Source: Bacteroidota bacterium (lineage in GTDB: Bacteria; Bacteroidota; Bacteroidia; NS11-12g; UBA955). From it: DNA of 37,317 bases. Shown one piece after another: positions 35,248-37,317 of this stretch. Position 1 is the first letter of the stretch, and each line of letters starts with the position of its first letter. Location of the stretch: assembly GCA_027488495.1 (NCBI GenBank), contig JAIYBO010000207.1, positions 1 through 37,317 on the forward strand, written 5' to 3'. The translations under genes and the position numbers were made by a program. A model generated the notes under the pieces. The model made no database searches. It had not been told where the DNA came from and was given only the letters and a program-made list of their open reading frames with translations.

Positions 35248-37215
35248 TCAAATCCACTCCCCTAACTCCAACCAACGAAGTTCTTTTGTATCCAAATCAC
35301 TGGCAATTTGTTGCAAAGTTGCACTCACAGCAGTTATGCGTTCAAAATCAGTAGTTAAACCAGACATTTCCAATTCCAACGCCTTTTTCTGATTCTCTAA
35401 TTGCTCTATTTCCTTGCCCAATTGCTCGTATTCAAACTTTTCCTTGAAAGTCAGCTTCCTCTTTTCCTCGGTTTTCAAATTGGCCGATACCGTTGCAGCA
35501 GCCGATTTTCCTGAGGTCTCCTCACCATGAACTGTCCCCGATTTAATCCCAGTAGGCGCCGCTTTGCCTTTTGAGTTACCACCCTTGGCGATGGCTGCCT
35601 GCTCTGCATCATTGTAATCTTTCCAAGTCCGATATTCTGTGTAATTACCCGGATAATCACGCACCTTGCCCTCCCCCTCAAACACAAACACGTGATCGAC
35701 CAATTTGTCCATGAAATATCGATCGTGGGTTACCACCAAAACACAGCCCGAATAATCCATCAAAAACGCCTCCAATGTGGCCAATGTAACAATGTCCAAA
35801 TCGTTTGTGGGCTCATCCAAAATCAAAAAATTTGGATTCTGTATCAACACCGTCATCAAAAACAATCGACGCCTTTCACCACCGCTCAATCGCGATACTG
35901 GATTATATTGGGTTTCATTGGTAAATCCAAAACGAAGCAAAAACTGCGATGCAGATAGTTTTGTGCCATCGGCCAGTGGCAAATATTCAGCGATGTCTTT
36001 CACCACATCAATCACCCTCTTATCGCCCGCAACTGGAATTCCCTGCTGCGAAAAATAGCCAAACACCAAGGTCTCGCCAGAAACTATTTTCCCTTGATCG
36101 GCCTTTTCCAAGCCCATGATCATATTCAACAAAGTACTTTTTCCAACGCCGTTAGGACCAACAATCCCTATTTTCTCTCCGCGCTTAAACGTATAACTGA
36201 ATTCTCCCAGTATTTTTTGACTACCATATGCCTTCTCGATGTTGTGAAGTTCCAAAATCTTCGAGCCCAATCGCTCCATCTTCACGCCAAATTCAGCCTT
36301 TTGTTGAATGTATGGACCCTTCACCTTCTCAGCCAAATCATCAAACGCGTCTACCCTGCTCTTGCTTTTGGTGGTCCTCGCCTTGGGCATGCGCCTCACC
36401 CACTCCAATTCTCGCCTAAATGTATTGCGATTCTTTTCTCTCTCACTGGCCTCCACCTCTTCACGCATGGCCTTCTTCTCAACAAAGTACTCATAATTCC
36501 CCTGATAAGTATAAAGGACACCCCGGTCTAACTCCAAAATCCGATTACATACCCGATCCAAAAAATAACGATCGTGTGTAACCAACAACAACGTCAAATT
36601 CTTATCACTCAAATACTCCTCCAGCCACTCAATCATATCCAAATCCAAATGGTTGGTGGGCTCATCCAAAATCAACAAATCAGGCACATCAATCAGCACC
36701 CTTGCCAATGCCACCCGCTTCCGCTGTCCACCACTCAAAACCCCCACCGGCTTGGCCATATCCGTTTCATAAATATTTAACTTGCCCAAAACCTGCTTCG
36801 CCCTGGCCTCATAATCCCAACTCTCCGTCATCGTCATCTCAGAAGTAGCCAAGTCCAATCGCTTCTCATTCTCCTCCGACGCCAACTCCGAGTATGCCAT
36901 CAACGCAGCCTCATATTCCTTCAACGCCATGATCGAAGGGGTGGTTCCCACAAACAAATTGTCTAAAACAGAAATATTCTCATTCAACGCCGGATCCTGT
37001 GGCAAATACTCCCAATGAATCTCTTTTCTGATGCTCAAATTACCCGCATCTGGCTTGTCTAAACCCGCTAAAATATTCATCAAACTGCTCTTGCCACTAC
37101 CGTTCCCAGCAATCAACGCCACTTTGTCGCCCTTGCTCAATCCAAATGTAATTTGGTCAAACAATACCTTTTCATTCCAACTTTTACTGAGTCCTTCTAC
37201 CGATAAATAATTCAT
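35248..37215 (-). CDS. ABC-F family ATPase, Uup-like (C-terminal coiled coil)
   Basis: Two ABC cassettes (GNGSGKSS, GPNGVGKST, and LILDEPTNHLD / LILDEPTNDLD) plus a C-terminal coiled coil KFEYEQLGKEIEQLENQKKALELEM. I place the start at ATG 37215 (MNYLSVEGLSKSW). Confidence 0.88.
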   Translation of the reverse strand: MNYLSVEGLSKSWNEKVLFDQITFGLSKGDKVALIAGNGSGKSSLMNILAGLDKPDAGNLSIRKEIHWEYLPQDPALNENISVLDNLFVGTTPSIMALKEYEAALMAYSELASEENEKRLDLATSEMTMTESWDYEARAKQVLGKLNIYETDMAKPVGVLSGGQRKRVALARVLIDVPDLLILDEPTNHLDLDMIEWLEEYLSDKNLTLLLVTHDRYFLDRVCNRILELDRGVLYTYQGNYEYFVEKKAMREEVEASEREKNRNTFRRELEWVRRMPKARTTKSKSRVDAFDDLAEKVKGPYIQQKAEFGVKMERLGSKILELHNIEKAYGSQKILGEFSYTFKRGEKIGIVGPNGVGKSTLLNMIMGLEKADQGKIVSGETLVFGYFSQQGIPVAGDKRVIDVVKDIAEYLPLADGTKLSASQFLLRFGFTNETQYNPVSRLSGGERRRLFLMTVLIQNPNFLILDEPTNDLDIVTLATLEAFLMDYSGCVLVVTHDRYFMDKLVDHVFVFEGEGKVRDYPGNYTEYRTWKDYNDAEQAAIAKGGNSKGKAAPTGIKSGTVHGEETSGKSAAATVSANLKTEEKRKLTFKEKFEYEQLGKEIEQLENQKKALELEMSGLTTDFERITAVSATLQQIASDLDTKELRWLELGEWI

Positions 37216-37317
37216 ATAGCTTGAGATAACACAACCCAAAATGAGCGTATTAACCCTACAAAAATAGGCCTAAATAAAGGCGCAACCCGTTAAATCTTTA
37301 GCAATTTCACACAGCCA

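Noticed and set aside
1-37317. A search for tRNA, rRNA, CRISPR repeats, IS elements, integrases, and toxin-antitoxin or restriction/defence genes.
   Set aside because: Intergenic gaps are at most 304 bp. None shows a cloverleaf-type arrangement or regularly spaced direct repeats. No ORF carries transposase (DDE), integrase (R..H..R..Y) or recognisable defence-system motifs.

Overview
This 37.3-kb window is a densely packed chromosomal segment with about 30 protein-coding genes. I see no rRNA, tRNA, CRISPR array, transposase, integrase or other mobile-element signature. Several markers point to Bacteroidota. These are a DUF5103-type T9SS plug protein, a T9SS type-B C-terminal sorting domain, bacillithiol BshA, and an archaeal-type ProRS ending in Tyr. 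Start codons lack Shine-Dalgarno sequences and are often preceded by TAnnTTTG boxes. Most genes are housekeeping: bshA, an ECF sigma factor, recQ, a KpsF/GutQ isomerase, mannose-1-P guanylyltransferase, an EamA permease, proS, class II RNR nrdJ, an IspB-like polyprenyl synthase, two ABC-F ATPases, a TrmN6-like methyltransferase, miaB, SDR-type tdh, fabD and an acyltransferase_3. I do not see a clear-cut new multi-gene system such as a defence island. The loci most worth a second look are listed here. (1) An orphan FecR-type anti-sigma gene is split into a 58-codon ORF and a 313-codon ORF. An A16 tract precedes it and a 1045-aa SBBP/PKD T9SS cargo gene follows it, with no sigma factor or TonB transducer nearby. 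(2) An archaeal-type GGGP/PcrB-family prenyl-glycerol-phosphate synthase is tightly coupled to an unknown two-TM protein. (3) A tight polyprenyl synthase, orphan biotinyl-carrier, GT-C-like membrane protein gene string. (4) Two structured leaders carry terminator-like hairpins between a promoter-like box and the start codon, one upstream of nrdJ and one upstream of the EamA gene. All functional calls rest on motif recognition from the translated ORFs and on memory of the families. No database search was possible.
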